Source: Octopus sinensis
Lineage: Eukaryota
Length of the DNA: 64,000 nt
Assembly (NCBI RefSeq): GCF_006345805.1
Contig: NC_043003.1
Span: 75,950,001-76,014,000, forward strand
Reading direction: 5' to 3'
A program made the position numbers and the translations under genes. Shown piece by piece: positions 1 to 14,155 of the stretch (the stretch's first letter is position 1; each line of letters opens with the position of its first letter). The notes beneath the pieces are model-generated. The model was not told the DNA's origin. It made no database searches and saw only the letters and a program-made list of their open reading frames with translations.

Positions 1-9
1 ATATATATA

Positions 10-45
<36 letters not shown>

Positions 46-237
46 AATAATTTAGAACAAACAGTAAATTGTCATTAGAGCATTCGGAGTTTCGAATGTC
101 GGAGCGAAGAGTTACAATGCATATATATATATATAAACACACGCACACATTTATGTATACACATGCACACACAAACACACACACACACGCACACACACAC
201 ATACACACACGTATATATTTATATGTATGTATGTTTG

Positions 238-280
<43 letters not shown>
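1..280. repeat. (TA)n/(CA)n/(TG)n compound microsatellite
   Basis: Direct reading of dinucleotide runs. Confidence 0.95.
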
Positions 281-281
<1 letters not shown>

Positions 282-461
282 TTATATGTTTGTTAATGTA
301 TAGCTACTGACGTTATCTTGTATAAATATACCTACTTCTGTATAAATACTTTGCCTCAGTTTATATATGAGACATAGCAGATAAACGCACGCACACAAGC
401 ACACACATATGAATAGACACACACCCTCATGCACACTTATATAGAAATATATATGTAGACT

Positions 462-645
<184 letters not shown>

Positions 646-654
646 GGTAGGTAG

Positions 655-1805
655 GAGTCGGTGTCACATTAGCTATTACACTTATCCCATGACATCGTTT
701 TGTCAATAAATTGTCACGATATATGATATTAGTAATAAAACGAGATCCGATTCCTTTCATGTCGCTGATTGAACAATTGGAAGTAAGGTGAACAGGCGGA
801 TAGATATTCTGTTTGCTGATAGACCCATTCCCCATATAAAGGCTATTAAATATGGTATTCATATCCAACTATTGAAGTTGCTACAGACTAACAATACTTA
901 GTGTACCTAAACACATTTTATTATATTGTAGTATTTAAATGCATCCCTCACACTTTTGAGGTCAGTTTCCACTCGAGATAATTGTCATTGTCCAACACGT
1001 GGTTGATTAGAAACACGGTAACATTAAACAGATAGCGTCGATACAATCGATTACCTATCTGTTCGTTCCTCTGTTTCAACAATTACTTTCGTCATCAATT
1101 ACCACGAAAATCGGAATAATGTATTGTTTTAGTTCCATACTGTTAAGCGACAAATATATAAGGCCCTGGTTAGGTATCTCTCATTTCAAATTAAACTGGT
1201 TTTGTTGCCGCCTTGGATAGACGTTGCTTTAGAATATCAGAAAGTTCTCTTACATTATATTACCTTTAACCATATTTGTGCGTTGAAAATATTTGCAAGA
1301 ATGTCTCGGTATTTGTGAAAAATCACTGCTGACACCATTCATAGTATATAGAACCATTATTCCGTATTATCATGGCCGCTGAAAAGGCTAGACCATTCCA
1401 AGAAAATATCAACGTAGCGCAGTCTGTGCTGACAGTCTGCCATTTTGAAATCTGTTTTAAATTAAATCAAACTTAACTGCTGATTCCATAAAATTGTTCT
1501 CAAATAAAATTTTTAGCATAAAAATAATTTTATGAGCTATTCCTTACATGGTTACTAATATATCTTCATATTTATCACTCTTGTTCTTAGTATTGTAAGG
1601 ACGTTCATTGCTATTGTTACCCTGTATAAATATTTCGGAATGCTTTACTTTTTCTATCGTGACGTAAATGACCACTGGTGTCCGTTCATACACTACATCT
1701 ATCTTTGATAAGTACCTAACGTTAATGTTGCAGACCACTTCACCGTTAGTATTGTTGGTGTTCCTATTGTTATAAATCTTATCGATGCCACTAGTTTCAC
1801 TACTG
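655..1805 (-). pseudogene. Possible decayed multi-exon gene of unknown product: segments 1805-1548, 1451-1264, 1139-1055 and 868 to ~660
   Basis: Three consecutive GT-AG introns of 96, 124 and 186 nt (donors AT|GTAAGG, AAG|GTAATA, TAG|GTAATC; acceptors TTTAAAACAG, TCGCTTAACAG, TTCAATAG). First segment is open for 85 codons (ETSGIDKIYNN...KYEDILVT); later segments carry in-frame stops. No homolog recognised. Confidence 0.3.
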
Positions 1806-2669
1806 CTAAGAGATAGCCATTAGCAGAGTTTCTCACAGCTGTGTTCCATGTTGATCTTATTTTAAGTCAAGTAAGATTTGCTAGTAATGTAGGGAAGCGT
1901 GACTTCTATTTTGCCAATATTTCAATTATATTACGGCCACATATTTTTTCTTTTGTGTCACAAAACAGAAGAGATGAGCTATTCTTTGTATCCGCATTTT
2001 CTACTGTGTAAGCTGGCTGAGCCAATGAAGTAAAGATAGATATACGACCAGGAAATAAAAATTATAACTACACACATTTCTTTCAAAATTTTGTCATCTG
2101 GTTGAAGTCCTACATCTTTAACTTTCAATTCATATACTGAATAATTCTTAACTTTCATAATATTTCCGTATATATTCCACTATTCAAAATGATTATAATA
2201 TTGAACTAAATTACTATGTATAACTCTTCGTATTTAGTTTCATAAGTTTTATTCGATATAAAGTTAACAATCACAATTTGCAACTGACGTCATTAAAGTT
2301 TATAAATGCAAAGCTTGAAAACACAGCTAGTTACTTCAATCATCGGAAATACTGTCAAACAAGGGAAACTAAAATCAACGGCGTTATAATTCAGAAAGGC
2401 ATGACATATCACTTTAAAATAAATAACAACGGAAATGAGATAAAGCAAATGAATAATAAATACAAAATCGTTACTGAAAATTTCTTTCTCAAAGAGAAAA
2501 TCCACCCACGAAGGTGATCATTAGCAGCATAGATTATATGTAGCATGTGTATTCTAGTGAAACCGAATTCCGAATGTGTGGGTAAACTGACTTTATGGCA
2601 CGTCAAATATATACATACATATTGCATATAGTGTGCTTGGTTTTATACACACACGCCCGCGCCCCGCAC

Positions 2670-2990
<321 letters not shown>

Positions 2991-3234
2991 AAAGCTATCA
3001 GGTTTCAGAGATCCTAGCACGATATTCATATGATTTATTATTCATGTAGGCAGTAAGGTTGCTAATTACCTTCCATCTTCACGGACGCAGAACGCTGGGA
3101 GTTTATTTAATTTATTGCTTTTATTTATTTTATTTATGTATTTATTTATTCTGTATGGTCCATGTGATGAACCAAACCATTCCACTCAAAATCACTGGCT
3201 TAAATTATAAAATATTGTTATTATCATATTAGTA

Positions 3235-3600
3235 CACCGAACTGTCAGATTCGTTAGCAAATCGTGCTAAATGCTTATCAGTATTTATTCCGGCTCCTTA
3301 CGTTCTGTGTTCAAATTCCACCGAGGTCAACTTTATCCTTTCATCCTTTTGAAGTCGATCATATAATTATCGGTTAGAAACTAGCATCGATCTCATTCAC
3401 CAAACCTCTTCCTTTAAAATTATTGACCTAAATTTTAAAGAGCTGTTAGCCCGTTGGATAATGTGCGTATCTGCATTTCGTACGGATCTTTACATTTTGT
3501 GTTCAAATAACACTGAAGTGTGATATGCCTTTCGACATTTCGGGATGGATAACAAATTAATTGTCATGAACTGCGGTCCATATAATCGAATTGCCTTGTG
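3235..3600 (+). mobile_element. Degenerate SINE family A copies (tRNA-derived head)
   Basis: gttcaaattccaccgaggtcaacttt...tttcatcctttt matches the better copies at 7515-7940 and 33815-34835. Confidence 0.7.
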
Positions 3601-3899
3601 CCAAAATTATAAAAAAAATATTGTTAGTAGTAGTAGGAAGAGGAGAGGGAGAGTATAAATACTGCTACTCTTAGTAATAGTAATAGCAACAACATTGGCT
3701 TGTTTATTGGCCATAATGGCTGCGAGAAGCATTTAAGACATTTAAGACTGGGAAGATGGGATTTCCATAAGCCCGTGTTTAAAAGTAAAACAATTACAAT
3801 CAATAAGAAAATTATAACAAGAAAATTCTTCAGTACTGTGGGAACATTACCCAGAGCCAATCAAAGAATCCTATTGATTCCCAGTTACCGTTATCACTA

Positions 3900-4770
3900 T
3901 GAGCACATTGGCAAATTTTCCTCCCACTTCTCGATTTTTAGGTTACAGGTGCATTCTAGTGTATGTTCATTCACTCGCTACAATCACGCAGCTATTTACA
4001 AATTTATTGGGCGGGGGGAAGTAACTTCCTCTCCACACGCATCTTACTTTCAAGGCAGAACTTAATAAAATCGATGAGAGCTTGAACGAAAAGGAAGTTG
4101 CCTGTTTCAGTACTTTTAATTACGTCTAACGCTTTTGCCATAGCCACCAGGCAGAAATACTGCTACCCCCATTCTGCTAAAGAGAGACTGCAAGACGATT
4201 TTCGCAATCGAGACGGCTGATAAACGTGTCGACTTCACACATTGTACCAGCTTCGATGTAACTCAATTCAAAAATGCGCGGGTGCTGAAGGATCGCCTGC
4301 TTTACAGCATCGTTTCTCTGCGCTACTATGACACTTTTACGCTTTTAGGTTTTATCCCAAACCAACAGTGCTAACCGATATTATTACTAGGCCAGGGATT
4401 TTTATATATTATCCATGAAACCCGAACTGAAGATTCTCCGAAGCAGACCCGCCACTAAACCATGACAGTACGCCATCGTGGAACATCCATCGACCGCATT
4501 GCCCAACAGACAAAGGGTTGTGAGCCTTTAGCATCACTCAAGGCGCGTTACATCGGTTTACGTTTGATCCAAGATAGCATCTCCAAAAGAATTCTGAGGA
4601 ACGGCAATCACATCTGCTCAATATCAAATTGAGGCTAGAGATGTAGAGTCAGTGCATATTTGGAACATCATAAGCCAAGACATGCTCACTACATTAAGCA
4701 GCGGATATTAACAGCAAATGGAACGCCTATTCGGCGGGACCTGTCTTTTCCATAGAAAGCGGAACAGCAA
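3900..4770 (-). mobile_element. Tx1/L1-like non-LTR retrotransposon 3' relic
   Basis: Manual minus-strand translation gives RFLWKRQVPPNRRSICC (FxFLW..V.R motif) and QYFCLVAMAKALDVIKSTETGNFLFVQALIDFIKFCLESKMRVERKLL, resembling Tx1/L1 ORF2 C-termini; many stops and frameshifts. Confidence 0.6.
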
Positions 4771-4809
4771 GGATGAGGAGGAGGGGGCGGAGCAGCAGCA
4801 GCAGGATCA

Positions 4810-5105
4810 TAGCCATGTGTCGAGAGGAAGTCTTTAGTGTTTGAATAATTCACCTCTGGCAAAAAATCTTATTGAGGGACCTTTTGAGCGGGATGTGCTG
4901 CTGAACCTGAAGAAAATTCTAACTGGGTGCCACCTGCAAGGTCATGCGCTGCTTATCTTGATATGAGATCCCCATGTCGCGCGCATGTGGTAATGAAGCA
5001 TGTGCCTGGTGTAACCTTATCAGATGGGCTTTCATGATTGGTATGTTGGGCTTTGTATATTTGTACTCCCGTGTCACTTTGATGGCATGCACTGCTATCT
5101 AATAT
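4810..5105. mobile_element. Unclassified interspersed repeat
   Basis: cacctgcaaggtcatgcgctg...gtcactttgatggcatgcactgct resembles a repeat I recall from octopus DNA; single copy here, cannot be verified. Confidence 0.3.
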
Positions 5106-5322
5106 GATGTTTGAAGAAGTGCGGGACTGCGTCCAGTTTTTTATCGCACATTATTAAAAGTCATATGACTTTGAAGAAGTTATAAATGAATATTAACTTC
5201 TGTTGAAGAGCTTAGGTTCAAAGCGTAAAGGACTCTGTCACTTCCCGAGCGTTAAACTAATACATCTGTTTGTTGCTTACACACCCGTCTTCATCTTTTC
5301 TTTTTATTTTTTGGTAAATTCC

Positions 5323-5326
<4 letters not shown>

Positions 5327-5375
<49 letters not shown>

Positions 5376-5470
5376 CAGAGACTGAGAGACAGAGAGACAG
5401 AGAGACAGAGAGACAGAGAGACAGAGAGACAGAGAGACAGAGAGAGATACATACAGACAGACAGAGAAAG
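5327..5470. repeat. (TA)n/(GA)n/(GAGACA)n microsatellite
   Basis: Direct reading. Confidence 0.95.
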
Positions 5471-5699
5471 ACATAGAGACTGTGTGACAAAGTCAACATG
5501 GCACGCCGAAAGCATTTCTCTTCTGAATCGCAACGTTTGGGGTAGTTGCACAACGGCGAAGAGAGAGGAGGGTAATTCAGTCCCACAATAATCGCTCTAC
5601 ATTATTTCAATAAATATCTGCAAATTTAATTTACTTACACATCAACAACAACTTTTAGCAAATATAACAAACGTCCAGAACAAATTAACAGGTCTATTG

Positions 5700-7130
5700 A
5701 AGGTCTGGCAAAAAATCTTACTGATGAACCTATCAAGGAACAAAATGTTCTTCATATCATGCCACAATCTAACGCTTGAAGTCTCTCTTTACATTTGTTT
5801 GTCTATACTGCAAAGATTATCGTTGGCTTCATGAACCCAAAACTATATGCGGCTTCCAGAGTAAAATGAAACTCGCTCAATTACCTCCTCCTTCACCAAA
5901 TATACTGAAATATTTCGAAATAATTCGATCAGGTAATTCTTTTCTCAGTAATATATGTTCATGTAACAATGCGCTTGCCTTAGCTTCATTAGGTTGTAAA
6001 GAGATTAGAGCACCAGGATTTAGTCCCACATTTAAGATCCAAGGCAAGGTTTATCAGATTATTGGCTCACTACTAAAATATTTCGATATCACTCGAGCAG
6101 GTAATACTTTTCTCAGTAATATACATGCATATAATATGTATATTCTGTTTATTATATTATTGGATCACTACTTCCAAGTGATGCTTCACCGATCTTTGTG
6201 CAGCTCTACTTCTATGCTGCAGATAATGAGCTTCAGAATCGCTTGAAGCATGCTAGTGTAGATGCTGCCATCCTGTAGGATCTGCAAGAAGATTTGGACT
6301 ATTACAGCACACACATAAGAAGCTTCAAAGTAGTCAATGAATTGCCAGACCCCGAAAATCTGAATTTGTTCTACATGCTGAAAAGAAAGTAAAACCTACT
6401 GATTTTCATTGTCGCACATACAATCTTTCCATGGCATCTGAGATTGATGTTATTCAACCTGATACATTATGTCTCTTCATTATGACATTCTTCATAAAAG
6501 CGATGGTGGTCTTCAGAAGATTCATTTGTTGCGCCGTTCTTGTGATCCCCTGCATTTATATGTTACTGTTCCCTCGGGGGAATGATGGATTTCAGGTTGG
6601 TTTGAAAAGGATTGACAACAACCAAATACTCACACCCATTGATTTCTACTGTTATCGGTTACAGGTTAAGCCAGGTGACTGTAACATTATCATGATGAGT
6701 AGACATTATCATGCAGCAATATACTATAGATACCCAGGCAAAAATAGAACAAAAATAAACTTACTTGGGCCGAGAATAATCAAGCCATGACACGAACTGA
6801 AATGTATAAAGCTTTGTATGATGCTTTGGCTGAAGGCGATTCATAAAATACAGGCCGGACAATTGCTCTTCCACCCTCAGTCTATGGTTCCACTCGCTTC
6901 TACAATGGGTGATTCCAGAACTCACTGACTGTGGTTCATTCAACACATGGGAAAGCCATACTAGGATGAAATTTAAAAAAAACAGTCTGCACCCAGGTGA
7001 AGAATTATGAACGTTTGGCAACTGGTGTTTGTAGCAGTTCACTGTGAACCGTTTATATAGAGCCTGGAGTCTCGTTTAATATGATAGTAGTGCGTTATAT
7101 ATATATACTTTCTTCCTTCTGCTTCATTAT
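5700..7130 (+). mobile_element. Helitron Rep/helicase N-terminal relic (pseudogenised)
   Basis: ORF 5776-6246 has CLYC..RWLHEPKTIC..KMKLAQLPPP and FLSNI.S.NNALALASLG...GFSPTFKIQGKVYQIIGSLL; ORF 6431-6790 has YMLLFPRG.DG and FYCYRLQV; then YKALYDAL and MGKP. These are characteristic Helitron helicase-like N-domain motifs. Confidence 0.9.
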
Positions 7131-7514
7131 ATTATACATCCAACACAAGGATATAAAAGTGGTGACTTGTTGTTCAAAGTTTAAGTTGGATGTTTAAATC
7201 GTTGTTTTGGCACAAAATCAAAAGAAAGTATCGTTAACACGGAAGCTGTAATGGCAAATGGGAAAATATCAAATAGAAAAGACATGTTAAACAGCTCAAG
7301 AGTTACGGACAAAAACAATGACGAGAAATCCCTATGGAAGTATTGTACGACACGTTTAAGGTACCAATACCCAAACAATTTACGACTACACGTTCTTGCA
7401 TTGAAAAACCAGAAAAGAACGGAAATACTGGAATTAAACCCTAAACGTAAGAGATGTTAAAACTCGGAGAAGAGTTCAATCCTCGAAAGAGGAAAAGATA
7501 GGCGTGACTGAATC

Positions 7515-7940
7515 ATTTCTTTCCTTTTCTAAGCACAAGGCCCGAAATTTTTGGGGAGGGGACAGTCGATTAGATCGACCCCAGTGCATAACTGGTATTT
7601 AATTTTTCGACCCCAAAAGGATGAAAGGCAAAGTCGACCCCGGGGGAATTTGAACTCAGAGCGTAAAGACAGACAGAACTCAGAACATAAAGACAGGCGA
7701 AATACCCATTTCTTTACTACCCACAAGGGTAGTAAACACAGAGGAGACAAACAAGGACAGATAGACGGGATAAGTCGATTGTATCGACCCCATTGCGTAA
7801 CTTGTACTTAATTTATCGACCCCGAAAGGATGAAGGGCACAGTCGACCTCGGCGGAATTTGAACTCAGAACGTAACGGCAGACGAAATACGGCTACGTAT
7901 TTCGTCCGGCGTGCTAACGATTCTGCCAGCTCGCCGCCTT
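7515..7940 (-). mobile_element. SINE family A, two-module copy
   Basis: Reverse complement starts ggcggcgagctggcagaatcgttagc with B-box-like gagttcaaattcc; the internal module is repeated. Confidence 0.9.
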
Positions 7941-8229
7941 AGGAGAGATGTTATGGAAGGAATGTATCTCCCCCACCCCAGTAACATATGTTGGAGTGAC
8001 CCATGGTTACAAATTAAAGAACTGTGATCGTTTGGCAGTTCGTATTGGTAGCAGTTCACAGTGAACCTTTGATATAGAACGTTGAGTCTTGTGTAAGAGT
8101 AAGTGCATCGTATATATATACTTTCTTCCCCACTGTTTCCTTAAATAATATATCAAAAACAAGGATATAAAAGTTAGCAGATGCCATTTTATTTGGAGTA
8201 CACACAATGACGTCGCACGACAGAGCACT

Positions 8230-8520
8230 GCAATAGCAAAATAAACAATACGTAATCAAAACCCAAGACTAAATGTACAAGAGAAAGAACATGAACAATA
8301 CATTGTAGGCGCCACAACAATAGTAGCAACCAAACTAGCTGCAGTTTTTCCACAATTTCAAACACAACGTAAATCCATATAGTAGTTACGTAAAAACAAA
8401 AACCTTGATCAATACTAAACGAGCAATCGGATATTTTGACAATAACAAGAAACAAACTGAGCATCAGAAAATTATAGAAAACCCAAGAGTATTTGTTTGA
8501 CAGAACAATTTATATTTCTA
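8230..8520 (+). mobile_element. Possible old R4/RLE-like LINE N-terminal relic
   Basis: A-rich strand; YIVGATTIVATKL...LRK loosely resembles DLIYAAAT...IRKDL of the element at 28177; weak. Confidence 0.25.
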
Positions 8521-8994
8521 CTTAGCAAAAGCGGGGAAAGATTAAATTTCCCATTACGCCCATGAGTACAGGATACATCGTTCAGGATACATCGAGACAA
8601 ATAACTACAACTGAAATAGAGAAATATGGTACTATTTGCTGTACGGGTCTATGTCTCATTAATTGTTGTTTCCACTTCCAAAGGCTTTCGCAAAAACACA
8701 TTGCAATTTCTAAATTTTTATTCATTTTGCAAATGATCGCAACGCTAACTAAACGTATGATCCCTCAAGCATTTGTATAGTGATGAATAACTAGTATCAA
8801 AAGTAAGGACAAAGTCACAACACTGTCCTCGCCGGAATGCATCAGAAACACAGATTATGTTCTTTGGAAACATCGTATATAAATGGACTTCCATTACATG
8901 AACTTCCATTATACAGAATCACTGAAAAAGATTCAGAAATAGATAAATATCTGCAACCTTAAATCAGAATGACACATGAAATTAAGTTGTATAC

Positions 8995-9131
8995 GCGTAT
9001 GTGTGTGTGTGTGTGTGAGCATTTGTTATATATGCATGTATGTTTATATATATATATATATATATGTATGTATATAGTATACATACATATATGTACGTAT
9101 ATATATATACAGTATACATACATATATGTAC

Positions 9132-9170
<39 letters not shown>
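8995..9170. repeat. (TG)n/(TA)n microsatellite
   Basis: Direct reading. Confidence 0.9.
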
Positions 9171-9319
9171 CCACGCGCCATATCACGGTTCACCAATCGC
9201 GCCCTCAATACATTACGGATTTATCTAGCTGATATATGTAAATTTATATCATGTACTCCTCAGTATGTCACTGGCTTCTGCGGACGATAATTTTTGTTTA
9301 TGTCCGATATGTTCAATCA

Positions 9320-9570
9320 AGCGAACAGCATGCTCATGAAATTGACGAGCACGCCACCAATACGGGTGTGATTGACAATGTTCTCAAGGTGTTTCAGCGT
9401 GACACAGAATGTGACAAGGCCGGCCGTTTGAATTACAGATACGAATGATTTTTGGTATTTGAGTGGACTGGAACAACATGAAATAAAATGTCTTGCCTCA
9501 AGGCGCCGCCAGAAATCGAACTCATGTTCGTGAAGTGGTGTGTATATATTAACCACTATGCCATGTGCCT
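9320..9570 (-). mobile_element. Degenerate SINE family B (CORE-type)
   Basis: ctggaacaacatgaaataaaatgtcttgcctcaagg approximates the reverse complement of the core of the copy at 35208-35529. Confidence 0.75.
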
Positions 9571-9749
9571 TCATATACATAGATACATATCTATCCATTT
9601 CCAGTAATTAGACTACCGCCAAGCTAGGACACCATCTTGAAATTTTAATCGAATTAATCGATCCCGTTAATTGTTTTGGCTTTCTTTAAGCTTGGCACAT
9701 GTTCTATCTGTTTCTTTGACGAACCGCAAGGTAATTGGGACATAAACAT

Positions 9750-9930
9750 ACCAACGCCGATTTACATGCAAACAGCGGAATAAAGACACGCAAATACACA
9801 CACTAAATACATAAATGCATATATTTATATATTGCGGGCTTTTGTCGACCCGAGGCTATAGTTGTCTAAGGCGTCATGCTATGGGACTGAACAAGAAACA
9901 AAGTGATTGCGAAGCAAACACAGAACCATT
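9750..9930 (-). mobile_element. Degenerate SINE family C fragment
   Basis: gacccgaggctatag...gggactgaac matches the reverse complement of the family C copy at 33130. Confidence 0.6.
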
Positions 9931-10549
9931 CTTACGCCAATGTACATAGATATACGTATGTATACATTTAATTCAGAACCCTTCATATAGACATACATAC
10001 TTATATATACTTAGATATAGCTATATATGTAACTATCCAGTATTATAATCTATCAAATGCAAGAGCTTTGTTTTCGAGTTGAAATGAAAAATTTATTATT
10101 GAAAAGATTTCGTTTTTGAAGTACAGCACTCGTACCTATATACAATTAATTTATAACACAAATATACATAATTCTCTTTCATTCAGTTAATATAGGTAAG
10201 ACAAAGTTTAGCAGCCATTTCAATGCGACAAAACATGTCTGTCTGAGACTCCTGTTTTATCATTGTAATGTATAAGTGGAAATATAAGTGGCTATAATCA
10301 CAGAAAGTAAGTCGAGCATAAATCACTTACTCTGTTTAGAATATAGTATATCAATTTGTACTTATCATGTTTATATATTCAAGTGAATTTGGGAAGAGCA
10401 ACCTTGGAAGACTACCAGATAGATGGAAGAGCATTGTAGAAAATGAAGGAGAGAATATTTTAGATTAAAAAATTAACTTTATTTATCTGAAATATCAAGA
10501 ATAAAAGAAGTATAAAATAACCCCGCGTTATTTATGGGATGAGCAATAC

Positions 10550-10744
10550 ATGTGCGGGTGTATGTGTGCGTGTGTGTGTGCATGTGTGTGCGTTTGTCTG
10601 TCTATGTGTGTGTGTGTGTATTCTCTTCTTTTTCCTACCTCTCTCACACCTATACACTCACAGATACTCATATATGTGTGTGTGTGCGTGACAGTGTGTG
10701 TATGTGTGTTTGTGTGTATTGGTGTGAGAGAAAGAGAAACAGAA

Positions 10745-10776
<32 letters not shown>

Positions 10777-10780
10777 GGTA
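10550..10780. repeat. (TG)n/(GA)n microsatellite
   Basis: Direct reading. Confidence 0.9.
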
Positions 10781-12094
10781 TACAGGGGTTTTAAGTAATT
10801 ATTAAAATAATCTAGCCCTAATTTACCGTGCTGGCGGAAGAAACTGCACTCTATTCCGTGTTTTTTAACATCTTTCAGTGAAAGGCTGAAGCCAGGAAAA
10901 AGATGATGATATTGAAAAATGGAATATTTGAAAAGATGAAGAAAGTTGTGAAATGTTTTTCAAAATGAACGGTAAGGGCTCTTTTCACGACAAAAGTCAA
11001 TAACAAATTATTTTAACTGGCTGTGATAAAAAGTATGTTGCATTTAAAAGTATAGAGTGGCGAGTCACATACTACAACAGGGAAAAAATATCTTCTTCCT
11101 ACCTAAGCAAATGCGTTATGGATTCATGAGGACAGAGTAGGAAATTATTACGATGTGAATATCTTTTTTCTGTTACACTGCAAAGTGTGCCTGAGAATTT
11201 TATAATTTGTTCGTGAGTTGCGTACTTAAAGATCAATATTTTCCATACAGTTTGATGGAAATAGAAATATTTCTACTGCAGCATTTTTTTTTTATTATTT
11301 TAGTACATTTGAAATTTAATGGTACGATTATGGAAAATTTTCAACTTTCTCATTAAAATGTAATAATTTATTTTAATACATTCATTTATTTGTTTCTTTA
11401 ATTAAGTGTAATTTTTAATTGAGGAGCGAAAGTGGGAAAACGAATTAAGTGTTAGATAATTGAAACAGTTCGTTGAGTAAACTGACCTTTTTGAAAGTCT
11501 TGGGGTCTGAGATAAACATGTATGCATGTATGCAAGTATCATATGTATGTTTGCATGCATGCATTTATTGATATACACATATCTATCTACCAATCTATCT
11601 ATTTATCTATCTATCTAACTGTCACTCCTCTCTCTCTCTTTCTCTCTTTCCCTCTCTCTCTCTCTGTATATATACATATGTATGTATAAATTGCAAGGAT
11701 ATATATTTATACACACAGAGACATGTATGTATGTATATATGTATGTACAGAAAGAGGAAGCGATGAAGTAAAACAGCCAAAGAACAAAACAAAAAAATAG
11801 CTGAAAAGTAAGATTCATAATATGGCGGCACATAGAAAAAAATAATATTCCTATGTCCTCTGAATACTATTCTCAATATTTGATAATCAAAGGACATCGC
11901 TGCTCTGTTTTACTTTGTACTTTTATTTTATTTTTTACAAATATGAAATTATCGCTTTCGTTGGTCTTCATTGTTTTCATTATTTTCTTATCTTTTCCAT
12001 TTTGTCGCTTGATTCATTCGCCGATGGTTAAATTTTCAGAAAATTTCAGATGTAAAATAATGGGATAAAAAAGTCTGCTACGCACTATAATTAA

Positions 12095-12173
12095 TACATA
12101 CATACATACATACATACATACATACATACATACATACATACATACATACATACATACGTACATACATGCATGC

Positions 12174-12212
<39 letters not shown>

Positions 12213-12444
12213 TATAATCGAAATATGTTACAAAAAGAAAATGGAAACTACACGTGGCAATGAAAGTAAGAAGAAAAGTAAGTGAAAATGGTTGGTTACG
12301 TGTTTGTTACTACCATTGTTTCTATTTTGTATTGTTATAGCACGGCTATAGTTCATTCTATATTTATCGGCGACAATAACAACCATACTACGATATTGGA
12401 AGCGTAAGGATATAACATATATATATGTGTGTGTGTGTGTGTGT

Positions 12445-12492
<48 letters not shown>

Positions 12493-12506
12493 TGTATGTG
12501 TGTAAA

Positions 12507-12541
<35 letters not shown>

Positions 12542-12620
12542 ACAAAATAATAAATAAAACATATGCATATATACATACATATATGTACGTACCTACATCT
12601 ATATCTATATATACATGCAT
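12095..12620. repeat. (TACA)n, (TA)n and (TG)n microsatellite cluster
   Basis: Direct reading. Confidence 0.9.
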
Positions 12621-12624
12621 ATAT

Positions 12625-12802
12625 AGGGTACAGGACACACAAAAAAAAAACGTCGAACACAATGAGAAATAAAAACATAAACACAAAACCAAGGAAATGG
12701 ACATTTTTCTTAAACAACGAAAAAAAAGAGAGTAGAAGACATACAACAAAAAGGAACATTCCCCTTCTTCAGCCGCCTCTGTTTCATCTACTCCGCGTTC
12801 TG

Positions 12803-12808
<6 letters not shown>
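12625..12808 (-). mobile_element. Possible solo PLE-type terminal repeat remnant
   Basis: Embedded in (TA)n; the minus strand carries degenerate hammerhead-like halves (ccttcagaacg ... gctgaagaagg). Confidence 0.3.
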
Positions 12809-12854
<46 letters not shown>

Positions 12855-13128
12855 TATATATGTGTGTATGTATATATATTTCGTTTTTGGATTTGTTTTG
12901 CAAGATTCTTTATATGATTTCGTGTGTTGAAGCATATTCTGTTGTGTCTGGGGAGAGTAATTTTCTTATTGTGTCTTATTATGTAACACATTCACCGGTA
13001 AAATTTCCACTTTTTTCTTATTTTTATTATCCTAAAATTTTCGTTGCGTTTTGCAACCTTTTCAATATCTTGACGGTGAGTGTGTTACATTATAAGGCAC
13101 AAAAATTACTCTCCCCAAGCACAACAGA

Positions 13129-13161
<33 letters not shown>

Positions 13162-14155
13162 CATATAAAGTAGACCCGTCTGTATGTCTATAATCATGTG
13201 AGTGTGCATACGGGTCCGTATGTCATTAAAAAATTTTGTTCAAATTTAGATGTGGGAATATTTAGCAAGAATATGCATTTTCTCCAGTGTGACGTAGGAA
13301 ATTGTTTTCCTCATTAAACTTTTGTTATTATTTAAAATATGGATGTACAATTTGATATTACGGTTAATGTTTTTAGCCACGTAGCTATTCTATTTACGGA
13401 ATTTTGGGGACGGGCAGAAAAAGTTTTGGTCTTATTAATAGGAGAACATTCTTAACAAGTTATTTAGATGATTAAAAAATTTTTGGACAAACTTTTTATG
13501 ACGATTAAAAAAATTTGGTAGAAGCCAGACGAGCTTTTGATTTAAATTTGAAATTTGTATAAATAAATATTATATTGATACAGATAGCGTGAATAATATT
13601 ATTGATTTGTTTCTGAACGTTAATATTTAATGCTAATTTTATGCAAAAGTTTTACTGTCTTTCCAAACTTAATAATTGAAATGGAATTGATGTCACGTGA
13701 GATATTTTTACAGAATTTTCCAGCGTAATAATTTTCTTTGTAGTAATTGCATGATTTAGGTTTTTCTCTTTCAAAATGTTTATATGACATTAAGTAAATT
13801 AGGACGAGCAAATGAATCTTCGTAAAATAATTTTTGAAGTTCAGATTCTGTACTATGAAACAGAAACCGGTTTGTGTCTGTAATCATGCGTTCACGTCTG
13901 CTTAAAAACTTAGCAACAGGTTTTTACAGGAAGAGAGATTAAACCCAGGCTTAGAATTTTAAAATCAGCTGAAACTTTTGAAATTTTTCATTATTTACAT
14001 TTGACGGACATTTGCCATCATCTTGTTTGTTGTTAACACAAAGTTTCGGCTGACATACCCTCCAGTCGTCATTAGGGGTTTTGGGGAAATTTCGAACCTG
14101 GGTTTTCATTCCTAAGGTATTTTTCGATGTTATTATTATTATTATTATTATTATT

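Noticed and set aside
4855-5730. 27-bp similarity tctggcaaaaaatctta(t/c)tga at 4855 and 5704
   Set aside because: It does not extend and the two sites lie in different repeat contexts
10840-11150. Possible mariner C-terminal remnant
   Set aside because: Only vague similarity; no catalytic motif or TIR
13170-13220. GACCCGT...ACGGGTC hairpin as a Helitron 3' end
   Set aside because: The loop is too long and there is no CTRR terminus
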